DNA from: Verrucomicrobia bacterium UBA3869
GTDB lineage: Bacteria; Verrucomicrobiota; Verrucomicrobiia; Opitutales; UBA9783
Length of the DNA: 21,325 nucleotides
Direction: 5' to 3'
Assembly (NCBI GenBank): GCA_002392285.1
Contig: DGGR01000045.1
Span: forward strand, 1-21,325
A model generated the notes under the pieces. That model saw only the letters and a list, made by a program, of their open reading frames with translations. It did not search any database and was not told the DNA's origin. Within the stretch, counting starts at the first letter, position 1; every line of letters starts with the position of its first letter. Position numbers and translations under genes: made by a program. Shown piece after piece: positions 1 through 8,980 of this stretch.

Positions 1-141
1 GATCATCCACTTGGTGGTGGTGAAGGTGCTGGTAAAGGACGTAACCCAGTTACTCCTTGGGGTCAGCCTTGTAGAGGTTATAAGACTCGCAATAAGAGAA
101 AGCCTTCTAACCGTTTCATTGTTTCACGCCGTAAGAAGTAG
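1..141 (+). CDS. rplB: 50S ribosomal protein L2, C-terminal fragment (5' end lies outside the window)
   Basis: Frame 1 is open from the window edge to TAG at 139-141. The translation [46 protein letters not shown] is the conserved L2 C-terminus (HPxGGGEG ... TPWG). It lies directly upstream of rpsS, as in S10 operons. Confidence 0.9.
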   Translation, partial: DHPLGGGEGAGKGRNPVTPWGQPCRGYKTRNKRKPSNRFIVSRRKK

Positions 142-156
142 TAGGAGTAGTTAACA

Positions 157-435
157 ATGTCAAGATCAGTTAAGAAAGGACCTTTTATTGAAAAGAGTCT
201 TTACAAGAAAGTAATTGAAATGAATAAAGAGTCAGACAAGAAAATGATCAAAACATATTCTCGCTGCTCTACAATCATTCCAGAGATGGTTGGAAACACT
301 ATCAGTGTTTACAATGGTAAGTCATGGATTCCTGTATACGTTACTGAAAATCTCGTTGGCCACAAGCTCGGCGAATTTGCTCCAACTCGTACGTTTAAAG
401 CACATAATCCTCATACTCAAAAGGCTGATAAATAA
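157..435 (+). CDS. rpsS: 30S ribosomal protein S19
   Basis: 92 aa. [10 protein letters not shown] ... [29 protein letters not shown] is the S19 signature. AGGAG at 143-147 lies upstream. Synteny is L2-S19-L22. Confidence 0.97.
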   Translation: MSRSVKKGPFIEKSLYKKVIEMNKESDKKMIKTYSRCSTIIPEMVGNTISVYNGKSWIPVYVTENLVGHKLGEFAPTRTFKAHNPHTQKADK

Positions 436-800
436 TGAAAACACAAGCGCTAGCGAGAAATGTTCGTATGTCCCCTTTGAAATTAAGGGAGATCGGGCGT
501 AATTTAGTGGGGATGCAGGCTCAAAAAGCTTTGCAATTTTTACGTTGGAGCCCACGAAAATCAGCTCGTTTATTTTATAAAACTTTGAAGAGTGCTATCG
601 GTAATGCGGAAAACAACTTAAGTGTTTCGGTTGAACGTTTGGTGCTTCAAGAAGTGGTTGTTGATGAAGGTGCGGTTATGAAACGTTTTCAACCAGTTTC
701 GCGCGGTTCGGCTCATCCTATCCGTAAACGTATGAGTCACATTAAGATTGTTCTGACCGATGAAGAAGGTACAAAAGTAACCCAAGGGAAACAGAAATAA
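435..800 (+). CDS. rplV: 50S ribosomal protein L22
   Basis: 121 aa. It has an L22-like N-terminus (ARNVRMSPLKLREIGRNLVG ... AIGNAENN). The start overlaps the rpsS stop (TAATG at 433-437). Operon position is canonical. Confidence 0.95.
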   Translation: MKTQALARNVRMSPLKLREIGRNLVGMQAQKALQFLRWSPRKSARLFYKTLKSAIGNAENNLSVSVERLVLQEVVVDEGAVMKRFQPVSRGSAHPIRKRMSHIKIVLTDEEGTKVTQGKQK

Positions 801-815
801 AGGAGTAGTGTTAAC

Positions 816-1445
816 ATGGGACAAAAAGTAAATCCAATAGGTTTTCGGTTACCCGTTCGTCGTGACTGGCGTTCTTGCTGGTACGCTAGCAAAGCGGATT
901 ATGGGAAATGGGTTAAAGAGGATCATGCAATTCGTAGTTTTTTACAGAAAAAATTACGGTATAATTCCGTACAAGATGTCCTGATTGAACGTGCAGGATT
1001 ACGTTTGCGGGTTACCATTTTAAGTGGTCGCGTTGGTGTGATCATTGGAAGAAAAGGGCAAGAGCTCGAAAAGCTAAAAGCTGAACTGAGCGCTTTGTTG
1101 AAGAAAGATGTTTTGTTGGAGATTAAAGAGGTTAAAAAGCCGGATTTGGCTGCTCAATTAGTCGCAGAAAACATCGCTCTTCAATTAGAACGGCGTGTTT
1201 CTTTCCGTCGTGCTTTGAAGAAAGCGGTGCAGCTGGCCATGAGTATGGGCGCGCGTGGTATTCGTGTGCAATGCGCGGGTCGTTTGGGAGGTGCTGAAAT
1301 TGCACGTACCGAATCGCAATTCGTTGGTTCTGTTCCTTCACATACTTTAAGAGCAAACGTAGACTATGGTTTTAACGAAGCTCGTACGGTGTACGGTACC
1401 ATAGGCGTAAAATGTTGGGTGTGTCTTGAAAAGGCGGAGGCTTAA
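816..1445 (+). CDS. rpsC: 30S ribosomal protein S3
   Basis: 209 aa. It has the MGQKVNPIGFRL N-terminus, a KH-like segment GVIIGRKGQELEKLK, and AGGAG at 801-805 upstream. Operon position is canonical. Confidence 0.97.
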   Translation: MGQKVNPIGFRLPVRRDWRSCWYASKADYGKWVKEDHAIRSFLQKKLRYNSVQDVLIERAGLRLRVTILSGRVGVIIGRKGQELEKLKAELSALLKKDVLLEIKEVKKPDLAAQLVAENIALQLERRVSFRRALKKAVQLAMSMGARGIRVQCAGRLGGAEIARTESQFVGSVPSHTLRANVDYGFNEARTVYGTIGVKCWVCLEKAEA

Positions 1446-1451
1446 AAGACT

Positions 1452-1883
1452 ATGGTTTTATCTTCACCATCTCGTACTAAGTTTGCTAAAACCCAAAAGG
1501 GAAGAATTTATGGCAATGCTAAAGGTGGTTCAAGCCTAGCGTTCGGTGATTATGGATTGCAAGCCTTGGGGCGTGGACGTATTACTGCTGCTCAATTGGA
1601 GGCGGCGCGTGTAGCGATCAATCGTCACTTGAAACGTAAAGGTAAGGTTTGGGTGCGCGTTTTCCCCCAAAAGCCAATTACCCGCAAGCCGTTAGAAACC
1701 CGTATGGGTAAAGGTAAAGGTGGGGTTGAGTATTGGGTCGTGGTCGTTAAACCCGGTGTTATCCTGTTTGAAATTGCTGGTGTTCCATCCGCTGTTGCAT
1801 TGGAGGCTATGTCATTGGCTGATCGCAAATTAGGTTTGCGGTGTAGATTCATTGGCCGAGAGGAATTAACCCAACGTTTTTAA
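1452..1883 (+). CDS. rplP: 50S ribosomal protein L16
   Basis: 143 aa. RTKFAKTQKGR, ITAAQLEAARVAINRHLKRKGKVWVRVFP and ETRMGKGKG are L16 hallmarks. Operon position is canonical. Confidence 0.96.
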   Translation: MVLSSPSRTKFAKTQKGRIYGNAKGGSSLAFGDYGLQALGRGRITAAQLEAARVAINRHLKRKGKVWVRVFPQKPITRKPLETRMGKGKGGVEYWVVVVKPGVILFEIAGVPSAVALEAMSLADRKLGLRCRFIGREELTQRF

Positions 1884-1896
1884 GTAGGGGTTTATT

Positions 1897-2103
1897 ATGG
1901 GTACACAAAAGGACATTTTAAAATTGACAGCGAGCGAGTTGTATTCTAAATCTAGAGAACTTGCTAAGAAAATGGTGGATTTACGTATGAAAAACGATGC
2001 GGGACAAGCAAAGGCTGTTGCAGAGATCCGTAATACCCGTAAGGATAGAGCGCGCGTTTTAACAGCGTTGAGCCAGAAAAATTGTAAACACGTTAAAGAC
2101 TAA
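1897..2103 (+). CDS. rpmC: 50S ribosomal protein L29
   Basis: 68-aa basic helical protein (LTASELYSKSRELAKKMVDLRMK). It sits in the L16-L29-S17 slot. Confidence 0.9.
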   Translation: MGTQKDILKLTASELYSKSRELAKKMVDLRMKNDAGQAKAVAEIRNTRKDRARVLTALSQKNCKHVKD

Positions 2104-2108
2104 GCTCT

Positions 2109-2393
2109 ATGGTTCAAGCAGATTTGGCAGTAAGATCTCATCGTAAAACACTCATTGGAGTAGTTGAATCCCGTTCGGGAGATAAATCGATCAAAGTGGT
2201 CTTTTGTTATAAAAAACCACATCCGCGCTTTAAAAAAGAGATTAAACGTAAAACGGTTTTGCATGTGCACGATCCTAAAAATGAATGTGCCATCGGAGAT
2301 AAGGTTGAGATTATGTCGACCCGCCCGTTAAGTCATCTAAAGCGGTGGCGTGTGGTAAGTATATTAGCTAAAGCTGATCAAGATATTAAGTAA
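2109..2393 (+). CDS. rpsQ: 30S ribosomal protein S17
   Basis: 94 aa. RKTLIGVVESRSGDKSIKV ... HVHDPKNECAIGDKVEIMSTRPLSHLKRWRVV matches the S17 pattern. Operon position is canonical. Confidence 0.95.
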   Translation: MVQADLAVRSHRKTLIGVVESRSGDKSIKVVFCYKKPHPRFKKEIKRKTVLHVHDPKNECAIGDKVEIMSTRPLSHLKRWRVVSILAKADQDIK

Positions 2394-2402
2394 AGGTAAG
2401 CT

Positions 2403-2768
2403 ATGTTGCAAATGGGGAGTAGGTTAGTTGTTGCTGATAATTCAGGTGCTAAGGAAGTTGGTTTTATCCGTAAATTAGGCCAGCTATCTGATACCGCTCA
2501 TGTGGGGGATGTGATTATTGCATCTGTTAAAGAATGTACTCCTGATTCTGAAATCAAAAAGGGTAAGGTTGTACGTGCGGTAATCGTACGCACTCGTCAT
2601 GATATCCATCGAAAAGATGGTTCTTGCCTTCGTTTTGGGGATAATGCATGTGTTATTATTGATGATGCGGATAATCCCAAAGGGACGCGTGTTTTTGGGC
2701 CTATCGCTCGTGAATTGCGTCAGAAAAATTTTATGAAAATTGTTTCATTAGCACCTGAGGTTTTGTAA
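2403..2768 (+). CDS. rplN: 50S ribosomal protein L14
   Basis: 121 aa. It has [18 protein letters not shown] and the C-terminal [24 protein letters not shown]. Confidence 0.97.
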   Translation: MLQMGSRLVVADNSGAKEVGFIRKLGQLSDTAHVGDVIIASVKECTPDSEIKKGKVVRAVIVRTRHDIHRKDGSCLRFGDNACVIIDDADNPKGTRVFGPIARELRQKNFMKIVSLAPEVL

Positions 2769-3079
2769 TGACTGCAATTAAAAGAGGTACTAAAGTGATG
2801 GTGATTGCCGGAGATCACAAAGGTAAAACCGGCAAGGTATTGAATTTAGTAGGCGACCGGGTAGTGGTTGAGGGAGTAAATATGCACAAAAAGTGCCTTA
2901 AAAAATCCCAAAACAACCCGAAGGGTGGTATTGTTGAAATAGAGCTTTCGATACACCGTTCGAATGTAGCCCTGTTAAAAAATGATACACAAGCAGAAAG
3001 TGCTGGTAAAAAATCGACTGCAAGTGAAAGCAAGAAACCGGCTAAAAAAGCGACAAAACAAACTAAATCAAGCAAATAA
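2768..3079 (+). CDS. rplX: 50S ribosomal protein L24 (KOW core with a Lys/Ser/Ala-rich C-terminal tail)
   Basis: 103 aa. It has the KOW motif [22 protein letters not shown]. The start overlaps the rplN stop (TAATG at 2766-2770). It sits in the L14-L24-L5 slot. Confidence 0.93.
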   Translation: MTAIKRGTKVMVIAGDHKGKTGKVLNLVGDRVVVEGVNMHKKCLKKSQNNPKGGIVEIELSIHRSNVALLKNDTQAESAGKKSTASESKKPAKKATKQTKSSK

Positions 3080-3081
3080 TT

Positions 3082-3627
3082 ATGACTTCTGCAGTTCCTG
3101 AATTATTGAAAGAACATTATCTGCAACAGGTTGTCCCTGAATTGAAGAAGGAATGTGGCTTTACTAATATTCACCAGGTTCCGAAATTGGAAAAGATTGT
3201 ATTGAATTCTCGTATTAAAGCTGAGGCAGATAAGGCGTACATCGATCAATTGGTAAAGGATATGGCTTTGATTACAGGGCAAGCTCCTGTAGTGATAAAA
3301 AGCAAAAAGAGCATTGCTAATTTCAAATTACGTCAAGGAGTACCTAATGGAGTTAAGGTAACCTTACGCGGTAGTAGAATGTATCAATTTTTGTATCGGC
3401 TTATTAACATCGTATTCCCTGTAATTCTCGATTTTAGAGGAGTTTCTTCTCACTTTGATCGGAATGGAAATTTAACTATTGGTATTAAAGACCATTCGGT
3501 GTTTCCCGAAATCAAAACAAGTTCTAATCGTATCAATATTGGATTAGATATTGCAATTGTAACAACAGCGCATGATTCTAAAGATGCACTTTTGTTGTTG
3601 AAAAAATTAGGCATGGTATTTAGGTAA
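3082..3627 (+). CDS. rplE: 50S ribosomal protein L5
   Basis: 181 aa. It has L5-like segments ([55 protein letters not shown]). Operon position is canonical. Confidence 0.95.
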   Translation: MTSAVPELLKEHYLQQVVPELKKECGFTNIHQVPKLEKIVLNSRIKAEADKAYIDQLVKDMALITGQAPVVIKSKKSIANFKLRQGVPNGVKVTLRGSRMYQFLYRLINIVFPVILDFRGVSSHFDRNGNLTIGIKDHSVFPEIKTSSNRINIGLDIAIVTTAHDSKDALLLLKKLGMVFR

Positions 3628-3635
3628 TTAAGGGT

Positions 3636-3941
3636 ATGGCAAAAACATCTTCGATTGAAACCAACGACCGTCGATTGAGACTGATTCAAAAATATGCTCA
3701 AAAACGTAAGGAGTTGAAGGCTAAAATTTTGAATCCAAAAACTTCTGATGAAGAATTTTTCGCGGCTCAACGTGAATTAGCTTTGTTGCCTCGTAATTCT
3801 TCGCCGGTTCGTTATCGTCGCCGTTGCTCTGTTACCGGTAGGTCACGTGGTTATTATCGAAAATTTGGGGTTTCAAGAATTGTTTTGCGCGAATTTGCAT
3901 TAAAAGGTTTGTTGCCTGGAGTTGTTAAAGCTTCCTGGTAG
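3636..3941 (+). CDS. rpsN: 30S ribosomal protein S14 (long form, not the short zinc-ribbon form)
   Basis: 101 aa. The C-terminus is [41 protein letters not shown]. It has only one Cys, so there is no CxxC...CxxC zinc site. Confidence 0.96.
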   Translation: MAKTSSIETNDRRLRLIQKYAQKRKELKAKILNPKTSDEEFFAAQRELALLPRNSSPVRYRRRCSVTGRSRGYYRKFGVSRIVLREFALKGLLPGVVKASW

Positions 3942-3952
3942 GAATTAGGTTT

Positions 3953-4342
3953 ATGGACGTAATAGGAGATTTTTTAACAGTTGTTCGTAACGCGAATCGG
4001 GTACGTAAGTCGTTTTGCAGTGTACCATTTTCGAAGGTACGAGAGGATATTGCGCGCGTTTTGGTCGAAGAAGGGTACATTGCTCGTTTTGAAACCCAAG
4101 CGGATGAGTCAGGTAAGAAAAACTTAAAAATTCGCTTAAAATACGTAAAAAATGTCCCTGTATTAAACATGTTAAAGCGTTGCAGCAAACCCGGTGCTAG
4201 ATGGTATGTGGATTGTGCACATATTCCAAGCGTTTTAAGTGGTTTAGGTATTTGTATTTTATCAACCTCTAAAGGATTTATGACCGGCAAAAAGGCAAAA
4301 TCCGCTGGTTTAGGAGGAGAGTTAATTTGTAAAGTTTGGTGA
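3953..4342 (+). CDS. rpsH: 30S ribosomal protein S8
   Basis: 129 aa. It has DVIGDFLTVVRNANRV and the C-terminal ILSTSKGFMTGKKAKSAGLGGELICKVW. Confidence 0.95.
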   Translation: MDVIGDFLTVVRNANRVRKSFCSVPFSKVREDIARVLVEEGYIARFETQADESGKKNLKIRLKYVKNVPVLNMLKRCSKPGARWYVDCAHIPSVLSGLGICILSTSKGFMTGKKAKSAGLGGELICKVW

Positions 4343-4345
4343 TCC

Positions 4346-4882
4346 ATGAGCAGAATAGGAAAATTACCCATTAAGATTGATAACGGTGTAACCGTGTCTA
4401 TTGAGGGTTCATGCGTTAAGGTTAAAGGACCTCAAGGTGAGCTTTCTAAAACCTTCGATCCTTGTGTTTCGATTACCCAACAAGATCAGGCTATTGTAGT
4501 TACTCCGAAAAACGATGAACGTTTTACGTTAGCAATGCATGGTACTGTGCGTGCAATCATTGCCAACATGGTTAAGGGAGTACAAACTCATTTCTCGAAA
4601 GATTTGGAGATTAAAGGAGTAGGTTTTAAAGCTGCTGTATCGGGGAACGTGTTGGATTTAGCTTTGGGATGTTCTCATCCTATTAAATACAAAATTCCGG
4701 CCGGGGTAAGTGTTCAAGTTAAGGACAATACCCAAATCCACGTTGAAGGTGCGGATTCTCATTTAGTAGGACAGGTTGCTGCTCATATTAAGCGTTTCCG
4801 TAAGATTGAACCTTATAAGGGGCGTGGAGTACGTATTATTGGTGAGTATGTACAGCATAAAGAAGGTAAGAAAAAAGCATAA
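4346..4882 (+). CDS. rplF: 50S ribosomal protein L6
   Basis: 178 aa. It has the MSRIGKLPIKIDNGVTV N-terminus and EPYKGRGVRIIGEYV near the C-terminus. Confidence 0.96.
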   Translation: MSRIGKLPIKIDNGVTVSIEGSCVKVKGPQGELSKTFDPCVSITQQDQAIVVTPKNDERFTLAMHGTVRAIIANMVKGVQTHFSKDLEIKGVGFKAAVSGNVLDLALGCSHPIKYKIPAGVSVQVKDNTQIHVEGADSHLVGQVAAHIKRFRKIEPYKGRGVRIIGEYVQHKEGKKKA

Positions 4883-4888
4883 TCAGCT

Positions 4889-5251
4889 ATGAATTTAGAA
4901 AAAAAGCGGTATTTGGAAAAAAGACGTCGCCTGCATATTCGTACTAAGGTTCAGGGTACCCAAGAGCGTCCGCGTTTGGTTTTGACTTTGTCGAACAAAC
5001 ATGCCTATGCTCAATGCATTAATGACACAACAGGTTCTACTTTAGTTGCTCTTTCTTCCTTATCGAAGAATTTGCGTTCTGAACATTTGAAGCCCAACAA
5101 GGCAGGAATGGATGTTTTAGGTAAGCAATTTGGTGCCTTATTAAAGGAAAAAGGAATTAAGCAGGTGGTGTTTGACCGCGCAGGACGTTCTTATGCAGGA
5201 TGCGTAAAGTTATTTGCAGATGCAGTGCGTTCTCAAGCTATTGACTTTTAA
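4889..5251 (+). CDS. rplR: 50S ribosomal protein L18
   Basis: 120 aa. RLHIRTKVQGTQERPRLVLTLSNKHAYAQCINDTTGSTL and VVFDRAGRSYAGCVKLFADAVR are L18-like. Confidence 0.93.
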   Translation: MNLEKKRYLEKRRRLHIRTKVQGTQERPRLVLTLSNKHAYAQCINDTTGSTLVALSSLSKNLRSEHLKPNKAGMDVLGKQFGALLKEKGIKQVVFDRAGRSYAGCVKLFADAVRSQAIDF

Positions 5252-5262
5252 ATTTTGATACT

Positions 5263-5796
5263 ATGTCAGTGAATGATGGTTTAGAATTTCTTGATGAAAA
5301 GCAGATGTTTGCTTTGAAAGAGCCTGCAGATAATTGGGAAGAAAAGGTAGTAGGGGTTAATCGTTGCTCCAAAGTTGTAAAAGGTGGACGGCGTTTTAGT
5401 TTTTCGGTTTTTTTGGTAGCTGGAAATAAAAACGGTTTAGTCGGATATGGTTTGGGTAAATCCAAAGAAGTATCGGATGCTGTTCGTAAGGCCAGTGAAA
5501 GTGCCAAAAAGCATGTATTTAAGATTTCCCTCCTCAATCAAACGGTTCCTCATGTCGCCCAGGGGAAATTTAGTGGTGGTCAAGTCATTTTAAAACCTGC
5601 TTGTTCCGGTACTGGCATTGTAGCTGGTGGTGGAGTGAGAGCTGTATTAGAGCTAGTTGGGGTTAAGGATGTATTATCTAAATCCTTAGGTTCTAAGAAT
5701 AAGATCAATGTATCGATTGCAACCATTCGTGCTTTGATGCAAATGCGCACTCAAAAGCAGTTGGCGGCGATGAAGGCGGCTGAAATCGCAGAATAA
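5263..5796 (+). CDS. rpsE: 30S ribosomal protein S5
   Basis: 177 aa. It has the S5 core VVGVNRCSKVVKGGRRFSFSVFLVAGNKNGLVGYGLGKSKEV. Confidence 0.96.
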   Translation: MSVNDGLEFLDEKQMFALKEPADNWEEKVVGVNRCSKVVKGGRRFSFSVFLVAGNKNGLVGYGLGKSKEVSDAVRKASESAKKHVFKISLLNQTVPHVAQGKFSGGQVILKPACSGTGIVAGGGVRAVLELVGVKDVLSKSLGSKNKINVSIATIRALMQMRTQKQLAAMKAAEIAE

Positions 5797-5810
5797 GGAT
5801 AGGGTGTATC

Positions 5811-6266
5811 ATGAAATTGAATCAATTACCATCAACCCTGAATCGTTTATCAAAGTGTAAACGTCTAGGTCGTGGTCGTGCGAGCGGCCATGGAGAAACC
5901 TCTACGCGTGGAAACAAGGGAGGAAATGCACGTTCAGGTTACTCCACTCCTCATAACTTCTCGGGTATTCCATGGTATCGTAAATTCCCAAAACGTGGAT
6001 TTAATCATATTGTTTTTAAGAAGTGCTACAATGTGATTAATTTAGATAGGATTAATGCTTTGCTGCCGGCAGATTTTTCCGATTCAATCGATCGGGCTGC
6101 TTTGTCCAAACTTGGATTGATTAAGTATTTAGATGCCCCTGTTAAATTTTTGGGGAATGGAGAATGGGCTCGCAAAGTCACTTTTCAACTTACTTCATCC
6201 GATAAAATGAGTGCTGGTGCCAAATCCAAGATAGAGGCAGCTGGCGGAAAAGTTGTAGTAGCCTAA
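5811..6266 (+). CDS. rplO: 50S ribosomal protein L15
   Basis: 151 aa. It has KRLGRGRASGHGETSTRGNKGGNARSG. It follows rpsE directly, with no L30 gene in between. Confidence 0.95.
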   Translation: MKLNQLPSTLNRLSKCKRLGRGRASGHGETSTRGNKGGNARSGYSTPHNFSGIPWYRKFPKRGFNHIVFKKCYNVINLDRINALLPADFSDSIDRAALSKLGLIKYLDAPVKFLGNGEWARKVTFQLTSSDKMSAGAKSKIEAAGGKVVVA

Positions 6267-6273
6267 TCACTTC

Positions 6274-7785
6274 ATGATTTCTGCTTTAATCAATTGTTTT
6301 AAAATTCGTGAGTTACGGCAGCGTATTTTGTTTACGCTGTCTTTGCTTTTTGTAGCGCGAATTGGTTGTAATATTCCGATTCCAGGGGTTGATCCATCGG
6401 CATTAAAAGCGTTTTTTGAATCGCAAAAAATGCTTGGTGGTGGCCAATTAGTCGGACTTTATAACTTATTTACGGGTGGCGCGTTTTTAAAAGGAGCAGT
6501 TTTTGGTTTAGGGGTTATGCCCTATATTAGTGCTTCGATTATCTTCCAACTGTTGGGGGTTATGATGCCTTCGTTAGCGAAAATGCAGCAAGAAGGTGAA
6601 ATAGGGCGCCAACGCTTGATGCAATATACCCGCTATTTAACCTTGGTTATTTGCATTATCCAAGGGGGGCTGTTGATCATGGCCTTAACCAATTATCCCG
6701 ATAAGTTATTTCCGGGATTTGATCCTGCAGTTTATGGTCCTATCGTGATCCATAAAGGGCTAGGGTTTGCTTTAATATGCACCTTTTTATTATCAACCGG
6801 TACGATGATTCTAACTTGGTTGGGAGATCAAATTACTCAACGCGGAATAGGGAATGGTATTTCGCTGCTCATTACCGTGGGTATTTTGTCAGGTTTGCCT
6901 CAGAGCATGGTTTTATTTGGCAAGATGTTCTATACCCCATTGGGGACAGAAAGCGCAGGGCATTTGGGTTGGTTACAAGGAGCTTTGATGATCACTTTGT
7001 TGTTTGTGGTTATCGCAGCAATGGTGGCGGTTACTCAAGCACAGCGCAAGGTTCCGGTTCAATATGCCAGCAGAGTTGTTGGTTCGAAGATGTATAGCGG
7101 TCAAAGTTCATTTTTACCCTTAAAAGTAAATTATTCCGGGGTAATGCCAGTCATTTTTGCCAGCGCTTTATTGATGTTTCCGCAGCAGTTATTGGCTTAC
7201 TTAGGAGCAGCGTTTGGTATTTCGGTTTTTCAAAAATGGTCGATGGTCATTGTACAAGGCTCAATGTCGTACTATATCATCTATGGGATACTCGTACTCG
7301 GTTTTAGCTATTTTTGGGTTTCGATTATGTTTAAGCCCTTACAAATCGCGGATGATTTGAAGAAAAACGGTGGCTATATTCCTGGGGTCCGTCCTGGCTC
7401 ACCAACCGCGCAATTTTTGGATTATGTAATGACGCGCTTAACCTTGGCGGGTGCTATCTTTTTAACGGTTATTGCTTTGTTTCCTGATATTTTGTACTTC
7501 TTATACAAGATTCCTTATCGCGTAGCTTTGTTTTTCGGTGGTACCGGAACCTTGATCAGCGTGGGTGTATTATTAGATACCCTGAGACAATTAGAAACGT
7601 ATTTGTTGCAACGGAATTACGAAGGTTTTCTGTCGAAACGTACCATGCGCGGTAAAGCGTTAGCAGCTCAACTGCAAGAGCTAACGGTTTCCGACGATAA
7701 GGGATTGCGGCTGTTATGGATAACAGTCTCAGGGCTATTTATCTTAGGGTTTGTGTCTTGGGCTTGTCAGGCGATATTTTTCTAG
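6274..7785 (+). CDS. secY: Preprotein translocase subunit SecY, with an atypical C-terminal extension
   Basis: 503-aa polytopic membrane protein with SecY-type segments (ELRQRILFTL, GVMPYISASIIFQLL, GISLLI, NLKKNGGYIPGVRPG, GGTGTLISVGVLLDT, LLQRNYEGFL). It sits in the canonical slot after rplO. Confidence 0.95.
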   Translation: MISALINCFKIRELRQRILFTLSLLFVARIGCNIPIPGVDPSALKAFFESQKMLGGGQLVGLYNLFTGGAFLKGAVFGLGVMPYISASIIFQLLGVMMPSLAKMQQEGEIGRQRLMQYTRYLTLVICIIQGGLLIMALTNYPDKLFPGFDPAVYGPIVIHKGLGFALICTFLLSTGTMILTWLGDQITQRGIGNGISLLITVGILSGLPQSMVLFGKMFYTPLGTESAGHLGWLQGALMITLLFVVIAAMVAVTQAQRKVPVQYASRVVGSKMYSGQSSFLPLKVNYSGVMPVIFASALLMFPQQLLAYLGAAFGISVFQKWSMVIVQGSMSYYIIYGILVLGFSYFWVSIMFKPLQIADDLKKNGGYIPGVRPGSPTAQFLDYVMTRLTLAGAIFLTVIALFPDILYFLYKIPYRVALFFGGTGTLISVGVLLDTLRQLETYLLQRNYEGFLSKRTMRGKALAAQLQELTVSDDKGLRLLWITVSGLFILGFVSWACQAIFF

Positions 7786-7793
7786 GATGGTTT

Positions 7794-8582
7794 ATGGGCC
7801 TGATTAAGACAGAAGAGGAAATTGTACGTATGCGCGAAGCAGGAGGGTGCGCAGCATTCGTGTTAGATGAAGTACGTAAAGCAACCAAGGTTGGGGTTAG
7901 TACTTGGGATTTAGATCAAAAAGCGAAGGAAGTAATGGCCTCAGTAGGCGCTATTAGTTCGGCATATCATTATGGTGCCCCTTCTAATCCGTTTCCGAGC
8001 TACATCTGTGTGTCTTTGAACGATGAAGTGGTTCATGGGATTGGGAAAAAAGATCGGATCATTAAGGAAGGTGATATCGTTAGTTTGGATGTTGCCTTAT
8101 ATTATAAAGGATTTGCTGGAGATAATACCTTAACTTTTGCAGTTGGAGCTATCCCAGAAGATACCCGGCGTTTAATTGAAGTGACACGTTCGGCATTAAT
8201 AGAAGGCATTGCTCAAGCGAGAGATGGGAATTTTATCGGCGATATTGGTTATGCCATTCAAACAACTGCCGAGAAAAACCATTTAGGAGTAGTTCGTGAT
8301 TTAGTGGGTCATGGTATTGGTCGCCACATGCATGAAGAACCGCAGGTTCCTAATTTTGGTAAACCTCATACTGGCTTTCGTTTGCAAGCTGGAATGACCA
8401 TTGCAATTGAGCCCATGTTTACCTTAGGTGCTCCTAAATTGCGCACATTGGAAGACGGTTGGACGATTGTTACAGCCGATAATCAGATGAGTGCTCATTT
8501 TGAACATACGGTGCTAATCACAAAAGATGCGCCAGAAATATTGACAAACTTAAAAAATTCTTCTCAATCAAATCTATTGTAA
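7794..8582 (+). CDS. map: Methionine aminopeptidase, type I
   Basis: 262 aa from the ATG at 7794 ([18 protein letters not shown], the usual MetAP N-terminus), preceded by AGGA at 7784-7787. It has metal-ligand-type motifs: [27 protein letters not shown]. The ORF-track start at 7716 would overlap secY by 70 nt, and I consider it an artefact. Confidence 0.9.
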   Translation: MGLIKTEEEIVRMREAGGCAAFVLDEVRKATKVGVSTWDLDQKAKEVMASVGAISSAYHYGAPSNPFPSYICVSLNDEVVHGIGKKDRIIKEGDIVSLDVALYYKGFAGDNTLTFAVGAIPEDTRRLIEVTRSALIEGIAQARDGNFIGDIGYAIQTTAEKNHLGVVRDLVGHGIGRHMHEEPQVPNFGKPHTGFRLQAGMTIAIEPMFTLGAPKLRTLEDGWTIVTADNQMSAHFEHTVLITKDAPEILTNLKNSSQSNLL

Positions 8583-8586
8583 TACT

Positions 8587-8967
8587 ATGCGAATCCTTGG
8601 AGTTGATATTCCTGATAACAAGAAATTGGCTTATGCATTGCCCTATATTTATGGAATTGGTTTATCCCGTGCACGGCAAATTGTAGACAAAGCCGGTTTA
8701 GATCCAGATAAACGCGTGTATACGTTATCCGAAGAAGAATTGAATAAAATTTTAGCTGCTATCGATCAGTTCGGATATGTTTTAGAAGGAGATTTACGTC
8801 GAGATATTGCTGGAAACATCAAACGTCTAGAGTTGATTAAGTGTTACCGTGGAATTCGTCACATTAAAGGATTGCCGGTACGTGGACAGCGGACAAGCAC
8901 CAATGCACGGACCCGTAAGGGCGCTCGTAAAACAGTTGGTGTCGTAAGCAAAGCTAATAAAAAATAA
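8587..8967 (+). CDS. rpsM: 30S ribosomal protein S13
   Basis: 126 aa. It has [29 protein letters not shown] and [26 protein letters not shown]. Confidence 0.97.
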   Translation: MRILGVDIPDNKKLAYALPYIYGIGLSRARQIVDKAGLDPDKRVYTLSEEELNKILAAIDQFGYVLEGDLRRDIAGNIKRLELIKCYRGIRHIKGLPVRGQRTSTNARTRKGARKTVGVVSKANKK

Positions 8968-8980
8968 AATTTAAGATCTC

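Noticed and set aside
290-555. Small ORFs (70 aa plus strand, 77 aa minus strand) overlapping rpsS/rplV
   Set aside because: They are alternative-frame or antisense artefacts within conserved ribosomal genes.
3925-4371. 148-aa minus-strand ORF antisense to rpsH
   Set aside because: It fully overlaps a confidently identified ribosomal protein gene and has no recognisable motifs. It is a typical shadow ORF.
6777-7097. 106-aa plus-strand ORF in an alternative frame inside secY
   Set aside because: It is out of frame within a conserved gene and has no independent evidence.
7716-7793. Upstream ATG (7716) that would extend map by 26 aa and overlap secY by 70 nt
   Set aside because: MetAP homologues begin with the M-x-(I/L)-IKT..EEI..MR.AG pattern, which is found at ATG 7794. 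That ATG has an AGGA motif 6 nt upstream and lies just after the secY stop. The extension is hydrophobic and has no homologous counterpart.
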